In this document: positions 40,483 through 53,000 of the stretch, in pieces
Layout: each line of letters starts with the position of its first letter
Numbering within the stretch: the stretch's first letter is position 1
NCBI GenBank assembly: GCA_002633005.1
Contig: NMRA01000388.1
Location: 124,001 to 188,000 of the forward strand
Direction of reading: 5' to 3'
DNA length: 64,000 bases
Source: Phoronis australis
Lineage: Eukaryota > Animalia > Phoronida
Translations under genes and position numbers: made by a program
The notes under the pieces: generated by a model
Told to the model about the DNA's origin: nothing
What the model saw: only the letters and a program-made list of their open reading frames with translations
Databases searched by the model: none

Positions 40483-40590
40483 TCACATCGGAATCAATAG
40501 TCTCGAAGTTCCACTCTCATCCAACCCACGAGAGTTTGGTTTTGGATAAGAACATCCAGTTAACCAGTACGTCTTCATTTGCCCTTTCCC
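40483..40590 (-). CDS. NIT-GC terminal exon ([12 protein letters not shown]...LLIPM*)
   Basis: tttcag acceptor; the GKGxMxTYWL motif that ends cyclase domains; TGA at 40485-40483. Confidence 0.92.
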   Translation of the reverse strand, partial: GKGQMKTYWLTGCSYPKPNSRGLDESGTSRLLIPM

Positions 40591-43500
40591 CTGAAATAAA
40601 AGAAAACTATCTTAAACTGCGTTCTATGTACAATACCGAGAACAGAGACCGTTGAAAGTGCATCTAGGTCTATAAACGTTATTTGATCCTCACAACGGCT
40701 CTATATGCAAGAAGGTTAGAAATACTGAAGTTATGATCCAATGCCCGGCACTGTACCAGTCCCACATCCTGGTTTTAACCTTTCTGTCACTTGCGCAATG
40801 TTTTCCTCGCTGTACATTACCATAGCTTCTTCCTAATTTGAGGTACTTTTTGAAACCATTATTGGCTTCCAGACTAGGATGATCTCTTAAATCATGGTGC
40901 TCAGTCTTAACTCGTGAGTGCGAAAGCGACGGAATGTAGTGTGAATACGTTGAGGGCCCTCTTGGAAAACAGCTCACAGGAATAATTCAGCTACAGTAAC
41001 CTGTACAATCGTTTAACCTTTTGTACGTGTGAAGTGCCTCTTATTCCTTTGCAGAAGTCAGACTCCTAAAATAAAATTCCCCGCCTGGCGAAACGCTGAT
41101 TCAGTGCAAGGAGTTCACTCGGATGTTGTCACACAAATGGCCTTTAACTACAAAAAGGGAAACTGCTGATATGTTCAGGAAGATTTTCCAACTTAACCAA
41201 AGTCGCAAAGTGAGCCGTTCATTGACAGTGGGATGGAGGGAATGTCATTCGAGCATTTGTGCTGCTAGGTCAAAACAGCGTCAAACTAAAATATTTGTTT
41301 CAAAACAATTTTCGCTCAAAACAACATGTGGACATTCAGTTTGATTAAAACCTCTTCCCAATAAGGGTTTAGATTATGTTTGCAAGATCGCTCAAGTTGC
41401 TGAAGTGCATTGCATCACTTCTCCTTGCTACGTCATCTGTCAGCAAGAAGTTTCCTCTGAGAGCGTGATCACACGATTGTTTTGTGGAAGTTGAATTCCA
41501 GGCAGTGTATGGAAACAGCAACTGACGTAATGGTTTGCTTTGGGTTTACTATGCTTCCTTCTCCCATAGAAAACAATCCTGTGATTCCGTCTTGAAAACT
41601 GTAAAGTAACGATGCCATGAAATTTCGCCATAGTTGCAGCACACAACCCGCGAATATAAGCAAAATTAAAACGCTCGCCAAAGTTAACAATGCCCCCGCC
41701 CCCCTCTCCCCACCTGTCGTCTTCTCGGCCTCCTTCAGTAACATCGCATATTTCACAGGGTTTAGATCTATTGTTGTGCCACTTTGATGAAAAAGAACAC
41801 CAAAGATCACAAAGAATGATCAGCCAAAGCTAACAAACAGTAGCCCAAATCATAGTAAACAAACACTGATGAAAAGCATTTTCTGCCAAAGTAGGTAAGT
41901 TCCGCCATACAGCGATGCATGCGCTTGGGTCAGTTACCGCTTCAACTATGAATGTAATCTCAGGCTTACCTTGACATCGCACGTTCCCCTTTCATCGACA
42001 CTAAATCCACCTATCCGCTGTAGTAGAGACTTCACGTTCTCTGACAAATGAATTTTCATGGCTGCAATTAACAAAGAAATTGAAAGAGGGGAAGTCCTGT
42101 TCTCAAAGTACAACCGGAACGAAACGGGCGTAATCTAGAACAGATCGTTAAAAACCGATACCCGTTCCGTAGTCTTCTGCAAGACTTCGCCATGCATTAC
42201 AATCAAAGCAAGGCTATCATTAATCACGAGTTTCACTCTTCCACGGAACCCAACATACGACATTTCCTAATTGTCTGCTTGCGGTATATTTACAGTAAGA
42301 GATAACGGTGTAAATCAGTTACGACAATAGTCTCCTTCGACATAAATTGTGGCACCCACGGTTTGACGACAGTGGGTGGTAGTGGACTGACGTCGTAGAT
42401 GCAAAGGTCACGCAGTTACTGTTCTAGAATTTCTTGGACTATATGTTCACCTTGATTAAGAAAATGTCGATTCATGCCCGAAAATACATCAGTAATTCAA
42501 ACTGTATAGAGATGCCAGTAATCTGTGCAGTTTGCCTTATGAAATGAAAATGTCCGCATTATGAATAACAGCATGGAGACACATTTTCCCAGCCACGTCG
42601 TCGACTTGACTACAGTTCACCCACTGAGAGTGAGACCACGTCAGATGTTGAAGATGAGCATCACTGAGACTTCCATTTCATCTTACAACTCTTCTATGGT
42701 GTCGCAGGTTAAAAATGATGGTACCACGAGGTTCAGTGTAGAATACCGGCGGCTGAATGTGATGTCCCAAATTGTCGAACAATCTAATGGCAACCCAGGA
42801 GATATCATAGCGACTCTGCATATTCGAAGTTTCTTCTCAAAGACCTATTTACAAATGCGAATGGTGCTGCAGAATCATCAATTACATGTGGAAGAATTTT
42901 TGGAGAGTTTAATTAACACATCCGTACAACAGCAGGTTTTTTAATCAAAGAGTATAACAATCGCTTGACGATTTTGAACCTTTGAACCGAGAACTGCAAG
43001 CAGCTGTCGACGTACTACCAACAAACCTAAGTCTTCAGATAAATTCAAACAAGTTCAGAACGGTATGTCGCATTGAGAGAAACTGGAACAAGCTCAGTAT
43101 CCTTTGAAAAGCTGTATTGACGTACGTGACACGTTTCAGGAGGATCAATCGAAGGAAGTCTGAACTACAGCGAGAGAAATAAATGAATAGTATTGTAGTC
43201 TTTGAAAAAATCTCGAGTTACTCGAGACAACTCAAGTCAGAAGGAGAAAAAGAAAACTGGCACATTGAAGATAACTATTGGCAAGCTCTATTCCCACAAC
43301 GGGTTTCAAGACGATCCATCAAAGACGTTGGCATGAGAAATCAATCAATTGTTAAGCGGTCATCGAAACATTCACCAGGTAAGTAAGGTATAGCGTAGAA
43401 TAGATTACTTATTCCAGATATTACTTGAGATGACCTCTGCCAGAAGAATTACGAAAGGACCGGGATCCAAAATCTCCGCAAAACAAAATAAAAATGGACG

Positions 43501-46500
43501 ATCCATGACTTAGATGACTGTAACACTGAAACCTTCGAAACGTACATGTACCAACGTCGGACCATAGTGATCAGAAAATTTTGTTTAATAACTCGATAAT
43601 AGTCGCGGTAAAAACACTACTTGTACAAATTAAAGCGATCTATTCTCATACTAAACTTTTGTCAGAGGACATCGTTATATATATGTGACCTTTTCTCACA
43701 TGACCTGGAAGGTGTTACGACACGACTGGTTGATATCACCGAGTACGTCGAGTACGTTACTTTTTGATATTACATGGGCAAATCACAAAGTAGTGCAAAG
43801 TAGAAATACATACGCCTTACATTTTATCGTCTGCAAATAACGCACACCAACCAAGAAAAGCCGGAATTTCGTGAAGGTGACACGATTATGATTGACAAAT
43901 CGGGTTTCGCAACTGTACGTAATCCTTGTTGGAAGGACATGCAAGCAACTTTTTAAAAGGACCAATCTTCGGCGGAGAATTCCATATCCACGTTCATTCA
44001 AACGGAGACGAACCCCAACTCAGGAAACGCTGTGAGACTGTCTAACTGTGCGGGGAAGCTTTGCTGACTGTCATTTATGAACATGTTTTAAGGTTTAATT
44101 TTACAATTTCAATGACTATTTATTGAATATAGGTTACGAAAGCTGCCAGTGGAGGCAATTTACAATTGTTCAGTTTAAAATAAAACTATTAACAAAAAGA
44201 ATCTGAGTTTAGTTTACACTGCGCAACCGTGTTTTTACAAAGTTGCGTCATGTGGTTGAAAGTTTGGGAAACGTCGAGTTTTTCGAAAAAAAAAGATCGT
44301 TTTTACAGTTCAAAACAAGTCCTCCAATCGTCTCGGCAAGCCTCGGCATTTTCACAAATTTCCAAGAGGTTTTGCCCTTGTCATATATCTCAGACTCGCG
44401 TAGGATTGTCTATTTATCTCACCCTCACATGTTGTTTCACTGTGAACTAGCTTCGGTATAGCTTTGCAATTAGCTCATAACAAAATGCATTCCAAATAGG
44501 ATTTGTATTCACCTTCGCCTGTCGTTTCCATTCGACTAGCTGTATTGACAGTGTCGCCAAATAAACAGTAACGAGGCATCTTCACACCAACCACTCCAGC
44601 TACACATGGTCCTGAATGAATAAAAAGAGTTAGACGTATTAATCGAACAAAACCAGGATATTACAAATTGAAAAACAATGTTCAAAATAAAGTGGACCAG
44701 GTTCCGGAAGAACTCTGCTACATTCTGCCAAACTTTGATAAACATCTTGCCAGAATAATGGTTGCTTAGTTGAACTTTTGAAATAGGGTTATCATCGAAC
44801 CTCATGTGTCTTTATAGCGCCTGTAATCGACTTGCTCAATTAGTTGTCGCTATTTCGACGACGTGGATGGAGCGACACCTGTCGCCAATTTGTCGAGATT
44901 TAGCCAGATCTAAAGCGGATTCTAGTCCTTAATTCACCTATTTCACGAACGCGGGGCGCTGCTGTCGTGTTGATCGAAAACGAGGCGCCTTGACAAACAT
45001 GGCATCGTTCTTCAAGGTGGTGTGGTCAAAAGACTTATCAACGTTACCAAAAATCAAGTTGTCTGATGTTGAATCGATCTCCAAAAAACATACCAATACG
45101 CACGGCAACTAGACTTTTACCCTCCTCAGCCATTCCTTCGTAGTTTTCCATCTTTTGGGAAAGTGTGGAAGTCATGGATATACCCAGGCTTTTAGTCTTG
45201 AAAAACCCTGCTCGCCAGCTGGGCGAGTGCCGGATCCAGAAAATCTACTCGCCCAGTCCGAAATTCAGTCACCCGGCCGTTGGCACCAGTCACCACAAAC
45301 TTGCTGATAGTTTCAATAAAAATCATCGTTTCGTGCACTGATGTCACCATCTATTAGGGCTACCGTATTCGCCCTAATAAGCGCCCAGAGGGACGCTTTT
45401 TGTAGCCTACGGCGATTAAAACCCGGTCTCCGAAACGGGTGAAATCGGAAGCTAGGATTCATCAAATTTACGCGCTGTGACGTATGTGTAACCTATGACA
45501 GACTTTCTACAAAACTGTGGTGCATTGCTATCAAACTATGTTGTTAAATTACGATCTTTTAAAAAAATGTGCTGATTCCCAGGGCAAAAACTTGCCGACT
45601 GATGCGTCGCTGCTTCGCGATCGTCGATAGGACAACTTGAATTCCTGAGTAAAAATAGTTTCGACTCAAATTACCTGAAATCCTCCTTAAGTTTTCCAAA
45701 TAGCCTTTCATAAGATTCTTAAGTTCCTGTGGACTCGGAGTCGGGATTAACCGCAGATTAAGTAAAAATCTGCTCTAGATCGCACCCCGCACCGAGAAAA
45801 ATCTGGACGAACACATATGTTGTTGTCACGTGACGTTCGTACTGAAGAGAGTCAACAGGTGTGCACCGAGTGAGCGAGCGCGTGCGTGCCATCAGTGTTC
45901 ATTTGCAAGAGTAGCAGGCCCAATGAGCTGCATATGTAGTTATTGATATTTATCTCATTGAGCAGGCCCACATATTATATGTAGGCCCTAGCGCGCGCTT
46001 CTTGGCCAAGTTTCGATTCGCGGTTTTTATAATTTTACGTGTACAAAGCAATCTGGATTCCTGTTGTGGGAGAAAATCTGTACGAGAAAGATACAATACC
46101 AATCCTGTTGACCAGAACGCTGCGTCTGTTCTGAACTGAAGGGCCAGACCATAATAGTGTGACACTTTCCTTGCAAGATCAGCAAATCTTTTGCGTTCTT
46201 TTTGAAGTGTACAGCCACGGCTAAATACCGACATGGCGGCGAGGCTCGTGGTCTACTAGAAATTCCGCGCACAATGATTTTTCAGGACTGCCGGATTATT
46301 GATAAATTGGATACATTACTGTAGAATTTTAGAACTGTGAGGTAAGACATTTTTCGCACAAATATATACACATTCATGGACTGGGCGCTTATTTTAGCGA
46401 AGTCTGAAAACGAGTGGGGACGCTTATAGGGGCATGGGCGCTTATTAGGACGAATGTTATAAAAATAATTTTGGCTAAAATGACATTTTACATTACAATA

Positions 46501-49500
46501 AGAAATCAGTTCCAAGAAATATGGTATTTCACTTGCTGTGAGCACATGGACCGGTCTTCCACCTTTCTCCCCTTTTCTTCGTTTCGGACTAGTCCACAAA
46601 TTCTTTGTGCACGACCACACACTGATTTTTTGACGAATCTCGTAACGGGTGACATGTACTAAATCGGTAGGGTCGCACTGCGCCGATGTTTTTTACTGCC
46701 GCAGCATCGACACGATGACCAAACTGAACCTTAAATTCATGATAAAAACAGCCCAAGGAGGAGGAAAATTATTCATATTCATCTGGGAAACGATATATAG
46801 TGCTTTTGCGTTCTGAAATTCGCTCGCCACTTGGGCGACCGGCAAGTCAACTTCTACTCGCTCAGCATCATTTTTACTCGCATTGGCGACTGGGCGAGTG
46901 GCTAAGTATATCCCTGGGAAGGATACCGACGAGTTATTACGGGAATTGGTACGTTCAGGCACTGCACAGTACACCATCATGGCCAGCTGATGATCACTCA
47001 CGAGGTTTTATCAGTGTGCCTCGTTTTCGATCAGTATTTAAAGATGGCGCGGGAAGATGGCGCTTTCGTGAAATAGGTGAATAAATACCGTGTATTAAAA
47101 CATGGTTTTGTGTGCCAAACTTCGAATTTCGACGTTGTCTAATACATTTGAAAACTAATGTATAAGCAGTATAAGCAAACGTTTACCGACGTTCAAATAT
47201 GCCAACAGCTTCGTATATACATGTATCAGGGAGACTGCGCTAGAATTTTCAGTCAGGCTTAACGAACACAGAAAGGAGGTGGGTGAGCTACATCAGCGTA
47301 GGGTCACACGTTCAGAGAGGAGATGGTAGAAGAACACTATTAACAAGTCTGCAGTGACTGATCATGCTCTTGGCTTTAATCATGTAATTAACTGGGATGA
47401 TGCTCGTCCTGTTGTGTTGGAAATAGCTCAAGATCTAAACGGATGATGCGGAAATTAGTCGCTCTCTGCATTATCTTGCCTCGGTCTCAATATCCAACGA
47501 AGACATTTATAGCGACATGGTGGGGTGGGTCGTGGCGGAGTGGGACAGGAAAGAACTACGCTATTCGGAAGTAACTGTGCCTGTCCCGCTGAAATCCTTT
47601 GCAGGACAGCGGTGCATCTTTCGACCGTGAATCAAGTGAAACTATCGCCAAATGCTCAACACACCCCTTCCCATCATTTATGTCTGCGAGCAGTACAAAC
47701 CTGAATGTATACCAATTCGAATTCGAAGTGTCTTTTCTGGACGACTAGGCAGTCGAAATTCGAGAACGATGTTTCTGATATGGAATGCCATGCGAGCAAT
47801 CTCTTTAGCATGTTGATCACCTGCCAGAAAAATGCAACATTTCAAATATACTTTATGCGTTGTTTTAGTTAAGTTAAACATTTAATCAAAAGAATTATAA
47901 CGCAAATCAATTTAGTCAAAGCATACTCCTTAATGACCTTTTCACAAAGACACCATTTTAAACAATACCAAATTAATTTTTTTTTAAATTCCTGATGTTG
48001 ACTAGCCATCACAGTTGAATGAAATACAACTGCACTAAGTTGAAATTGACACATGTACTAAGCACATGCATCAGTGTTATTACACATTGGTTCCTTCTCA
48101 ATTACATCCTTTGGCGTCCCATTAAGTGAAATGAGTTCAACTACAATGACGGGAAATAGTAAATACTGGGCACAGTAGCCGGAAGTTGAAACCTCAGTTA
48201 TCTCGTCTTGTACATTGCATAGACCCAGCCGTTGAGCTGGTAGTGGTTGTCAAACCTATTTGTAAACTGATCACCTTTCACAATAGCAATGTTGTTTATA
48301 AGGTTGAATATGATACTTGTAATGAATTCTATATCGGACTCAAACAAAGACGCCTGTGTGACAGATTGGGATAACATCACGACTCAGACAAATGCAACTT
48401 CTATAGACATTCGGTCAGTAACAATCACCTAACTAATTCAGTCATTATAATCTGTAAAGAACCTGTAAAGTAATTACTTTACATTAAAGAGTCACTGACC
48501 ATTCAGGACCAGCATGCTGCTGGTTGTCTGAATAACATGCAGAGCTCAGTAACCCTACAGCTATGGTGATGACCGCTTTACTGTTACCTGTCATTTCTGT
48601 TAACTCATTTCACCTTATGGAAGGGACTTGACTCGTATGTCGACACTTAATTTATGTCCGATTGTTTGTAACTTGATGATGTCTAATGAAAAAACGAAAC
48701 GTCAAATTAATATGAACTTTTTCATTTGTGCTGCGATTGTCCGGTTTTAGATAGTTTTACCTTACTGGTTTACTTAATTGTGCAGATGCTTCAACTAAGC
48801 CCGTTTCGTTGCTCGTATGATAACTCCCATCACTTTTTGCGAACCAAGATGCAACAGTTTTACCTGTTGGGATTCATTTAGGCAGGCCATGCAATGGGAT
48901 AGCCAAATTAATTCATGACGTCAGTATGGAGATGCGGAATCATGGAATTTTTATTCCAAAGGCAATTGTTTCCACTCATTTTTTGATTTCTTATGTCGTT
49001 TGCTGAGTTCTCTCTTCAATCATGTTTGGTAGAGCGAGCATATGTATACCATGTATACCAAACACCTGGCGTTTTTCATTAGACATTGGGGAAAAATACG
49101 AGTGGTAGAAGAACAATAATCAATTTTAGACGGTTTGGGAATGTAAAAAATGGTAATTCATACATCATTACTATATTCATTTTGTACCAGACATTCTACT
49201 TGCTGACGGTGTTAACCGGAATAGCCGGTATCCCACCGTATGTTATGTATGTGACGTCTTTCGTTATCGGTAAAAAAGACAATTGGTCCAGTGTTGCTTT
49301 TCTTTTAGTTTTCTTTACAATTTCGCCATCACCTCGAAAATACTAGATGACATTACAATCACTATGTCATCTATTCCACGAGTTTACCTTTCCAACATGT
49401 TTCATCATAATTAAGCCTAAACCCCTGCGATGATCATTTCCCGATAATTTCTCTGAATTGCCACCTGTATTTAAGACGTAACAACTCAATATTTTTTAGT

Positions 49501-49998
49501 CAAACCATGGACATGTACCAACTTACCATTAGGGTTCGGGAGTCCAGACACTACCATATAAGCGTCTCCTATCGTCTCCACTTTGTACACGTCATAGAGG
49601 TCAATTGCATTATCAAACAGGCTGGAAAAAAGAAACCTCAGCAATAAGACGTCTTTCACAAAACATGTGACTAAGCTTCAACTATTTTGGCACGGTGCGG
49701 CTGCATAAAACACAATGAGTCACTTTACAGCGGCTTGTCTTTATTGCTTTCTTGCAAAACTTCCGAAGTTTAGCAATAACAAGAGCACCAAAAATGTAAC
49801 CTGAAAGGAACAAAAGTGCCTCATCAGCAAAATATAGCGAAAGTAATTACAAAAACAACCATATGACATTTGACCTTTCGACAAAAACAAGAATACTGGA
49901 GAAACAAGAATATAATCCAACTAGAATAATATATACATTTGCATATGCATATGTATGTATGTACGTTTGCATGTATATATATGTGTGTGTGTGTGTGC

Positions 49999-50029
<31 letters not shown>

Positions 50030-53000
50030 TGCGTGCGTGTGTGTTGTGTGTGTGCGTGTGTGNCAGGATCTTTATTAAGTTTAGTGTAATAAAAGTGAAA
50101 AATTGAAACAGTATCAAAAAATATAGCTCAAAGTACGAAGAATTCCGGCACAAGAGATACGTAAATGAAACAGGTAAATATGTGACCTGCAAATGAAAGG
50201 TCACAGGAAAATGCACAAACCAAAGAGAGAAAATAAATAAATCTATGGCGCAAAGATCAAAAACTAGAAGACGGGGAAAATGCAGTGCACATACCAAAAT
50301 ACCAAATAAAGTTTAAAACGTATGAAAACCTCGTTACATACAAAATCAGCTATGTAACGACCAACACATCGGCACTCTGCACAAACCATGGATAAAGAAA
50401 GTCAAGATTATGGCGGTAAACCATACTTAAAGGTCAATGACTTGTGACCCCCGAGCGAACCAGTGGTACAACAAACAGGGGTACTTACAAATGCACACAA
50501 CTAACCAACCAATACTATATATACAAATGATTGCGTCTGCAATAAAAGCATCCATGCAAGATTTTCGTGACTTTCTAATGCATTTAATAAATTCTTAAGG
50601 TATTCAAAAGTATTGTATTTCACCCACTATGCTATTACAAAACATTATTAAGCGGGTTTTGGCACCATTAGGTGCAATTAGTCACCTTTGGCTTGAAAAT
50701 TATGAGTTTCAACGTATACGGAATTTTTGCGTTATCAATGATTTCGTTCCCAAAAATTTTACAGCCATAGAAATGTAGAAAATGGTCTTGCATCGAACCA
50801 CTCTGAAAATGCATGGATAGGCGCCGGGAACGAAAACATATCGCGTGGACGAAGTAACAATGCAATGGGTTGAGCGATGGTACGTGATACTCTCCTCAGT
50901 GAGGGGATTCGTTGACAAAGCACAGACAATGATCTGACCATAAGAAAAACTTAAGCATCCACCCCATCCTTTACATTTGAATAAAAAGTAAATCACGTGT
51001 TTTTCGATGAACATGAAGACGAGCTTAAGTCCTCAAGCAGCTCAGACAAACTTACTGCACTCCTACTTGCTACGTACTTTAATTAATCGACTCTAGGACT
51101 CCCACCAATAGCGTTTAACCTCTCTCAGCCAATGTTTATCTTGTGAGGCAAGTTCCAATCACCAGAAATTCATGACAAGAATGTATTTTGCTAGACACGA
51201 GTGAAATACTGTAAAAATGACCAATTTTGTGAATAAGGTTTGAGAAAACCTTAAAGCACGAGTAACTAAGTTTGTTACGCATGCGTGAATAGTGGAGTAA
51301 TTAAATATTCCGGCCGTGAGTGTGTTCACTACGTTTTCTCGATAAGCCATCGGGTTCGTCTGCGCTCCTTCTATGTATGATTTCGCACGGATAGGCTGTT
51401 CGTCAACCAAAACGAGTAGATGATTCTGATGAGACGCCGATGACGAAGATGTATCAGATACCGGGCTACCCTCCAGAAGAAGCCCTTTGTTGACCTCGGA
51501 GCAGGAATCAGAGTACGGTTCTATGTCGTCCTCTGCAGATTCTTTTGTGCTATTTGCGTTTTGCTCAGGCGATTCCCGTGGACTGTAAAATCTGTGGATT
51601 CCACTTTTACGTTATAACGATACAGGCCCGGTTGCTCGGAAACACAATCTTTCCGGGACCGTTCAATAACACCCCAAGCGTTATCAACACGCACAACTTT
51701 ACCCGATATGAAATCATGGTGAGGTTTCTGACGTTCTTGACGACTATGAACTGACTGAAAGATCTCGTACTGACGAACACAAGTAAAGTTTGAATAACGG
51801 CAACAACTTTTCTAAAATCTAGCGACATGCTTCGGCAGCAAAACCTGCACCATTGTCAAACTTTATTCAGAGAATGGATGCCAGGATGGCTACATGTGTA
51901 ATACACAGAAAATTCTAAGAACACGCAAAAACATCTGAACAGGACTGGCTAGCAATCTGCGAATCACAACTCGGTGTAACAGTGTCAACGACTCATGCGA
52001 AGTACATGTATGTGGATTCGTTTCTGAAGACCGAATGTGAATGGCTGCACGCAGTTTCAAGCGATAGCGATTGGTATCGCTGTCAATAATCGTACAGCTG
52101 TGTTCCTCAGCGGCCTCTCTACCGTAAGCGGCATTCTATTCCAGGTGTCTAAAGATATGTGCATTCTCATGGCTAGCTAGGTGTTCCTTCATCCTTGTAG
52201 TCAAATGGCGAGTTGTCCTGGGTGGATCAAGACTTGCGTTTTTTTATTTCGTTGAGCAGAAATGGTCCCTGGCCCATATACATGTGCTCAATAGTACAGT
52301 ACATTACAAAAACGTACGTATCTACATCGTATCTTCTGTTGCCACCTAATAACGAACACATAACCTTCCTAATTTAAATTACCACAATTTAGTATGACAT
52401 TTTTCTAATGGTTTTTCACAGTTTATGTTTGATATCTTATTTCTTGTTCTTAAATCATCATAAAACGGCCACTTAATAAAATTATTTTCAACTTATTATT
52501 AATGACATTAGTTTTTGGCCGTAGTAGGATCAAAGAAGCAACATCACACCTCAGACAAAAGCACTGAGAAGTAGAAAAATACAGTTAAAGAACAAGTCAA
52601 TGCACCAAAGAGTTGTCTGACGAAAGGATAATTTTTTTTCCGGAAAACTACCTCTGTAGGTTCGAAACATGAAAAGTAAACATGACCAAATTGCGGCGAT
52701 CGTAGTGTTACGGATTAGGTATCATGCTGAATGCAGGGTTACGTTTCTTCTAATAAATTCTTGATAAAAATGCTTTCTACACGAACCAGGTCATCTGGTC
52801 GAATTGTTGACGAGTTGAAGATATATTCGGGCAGTGGTGGCTCATAGCATTTTGCTGTCATGTGCAATTAGTCTCATCTGGTTTAATTTGTTGATCAAGA
52901 GTACGCCTATTAGCTTTAAGCACAGCCTAGTCCTGGTGAGGTAGGCACTACCGGGACTAACAGTTGATTTGTCATCGATCTGAAATAATAGTTGATGTTA

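Larger units (their letters stand above)
44934..47080. mobile_element. ISL2EU/PIF-Harbinger-like deletion derivative
   Basis: Perfect inverted ends attcacctatttcacgaa / ttcgtgaaataggtgaat (AT flank); inward-pointing gene starts [17 protein letters not shown] (+) and [12 protein letters not shown]...VSFHTFPKD (-). Confidence 0.7.
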
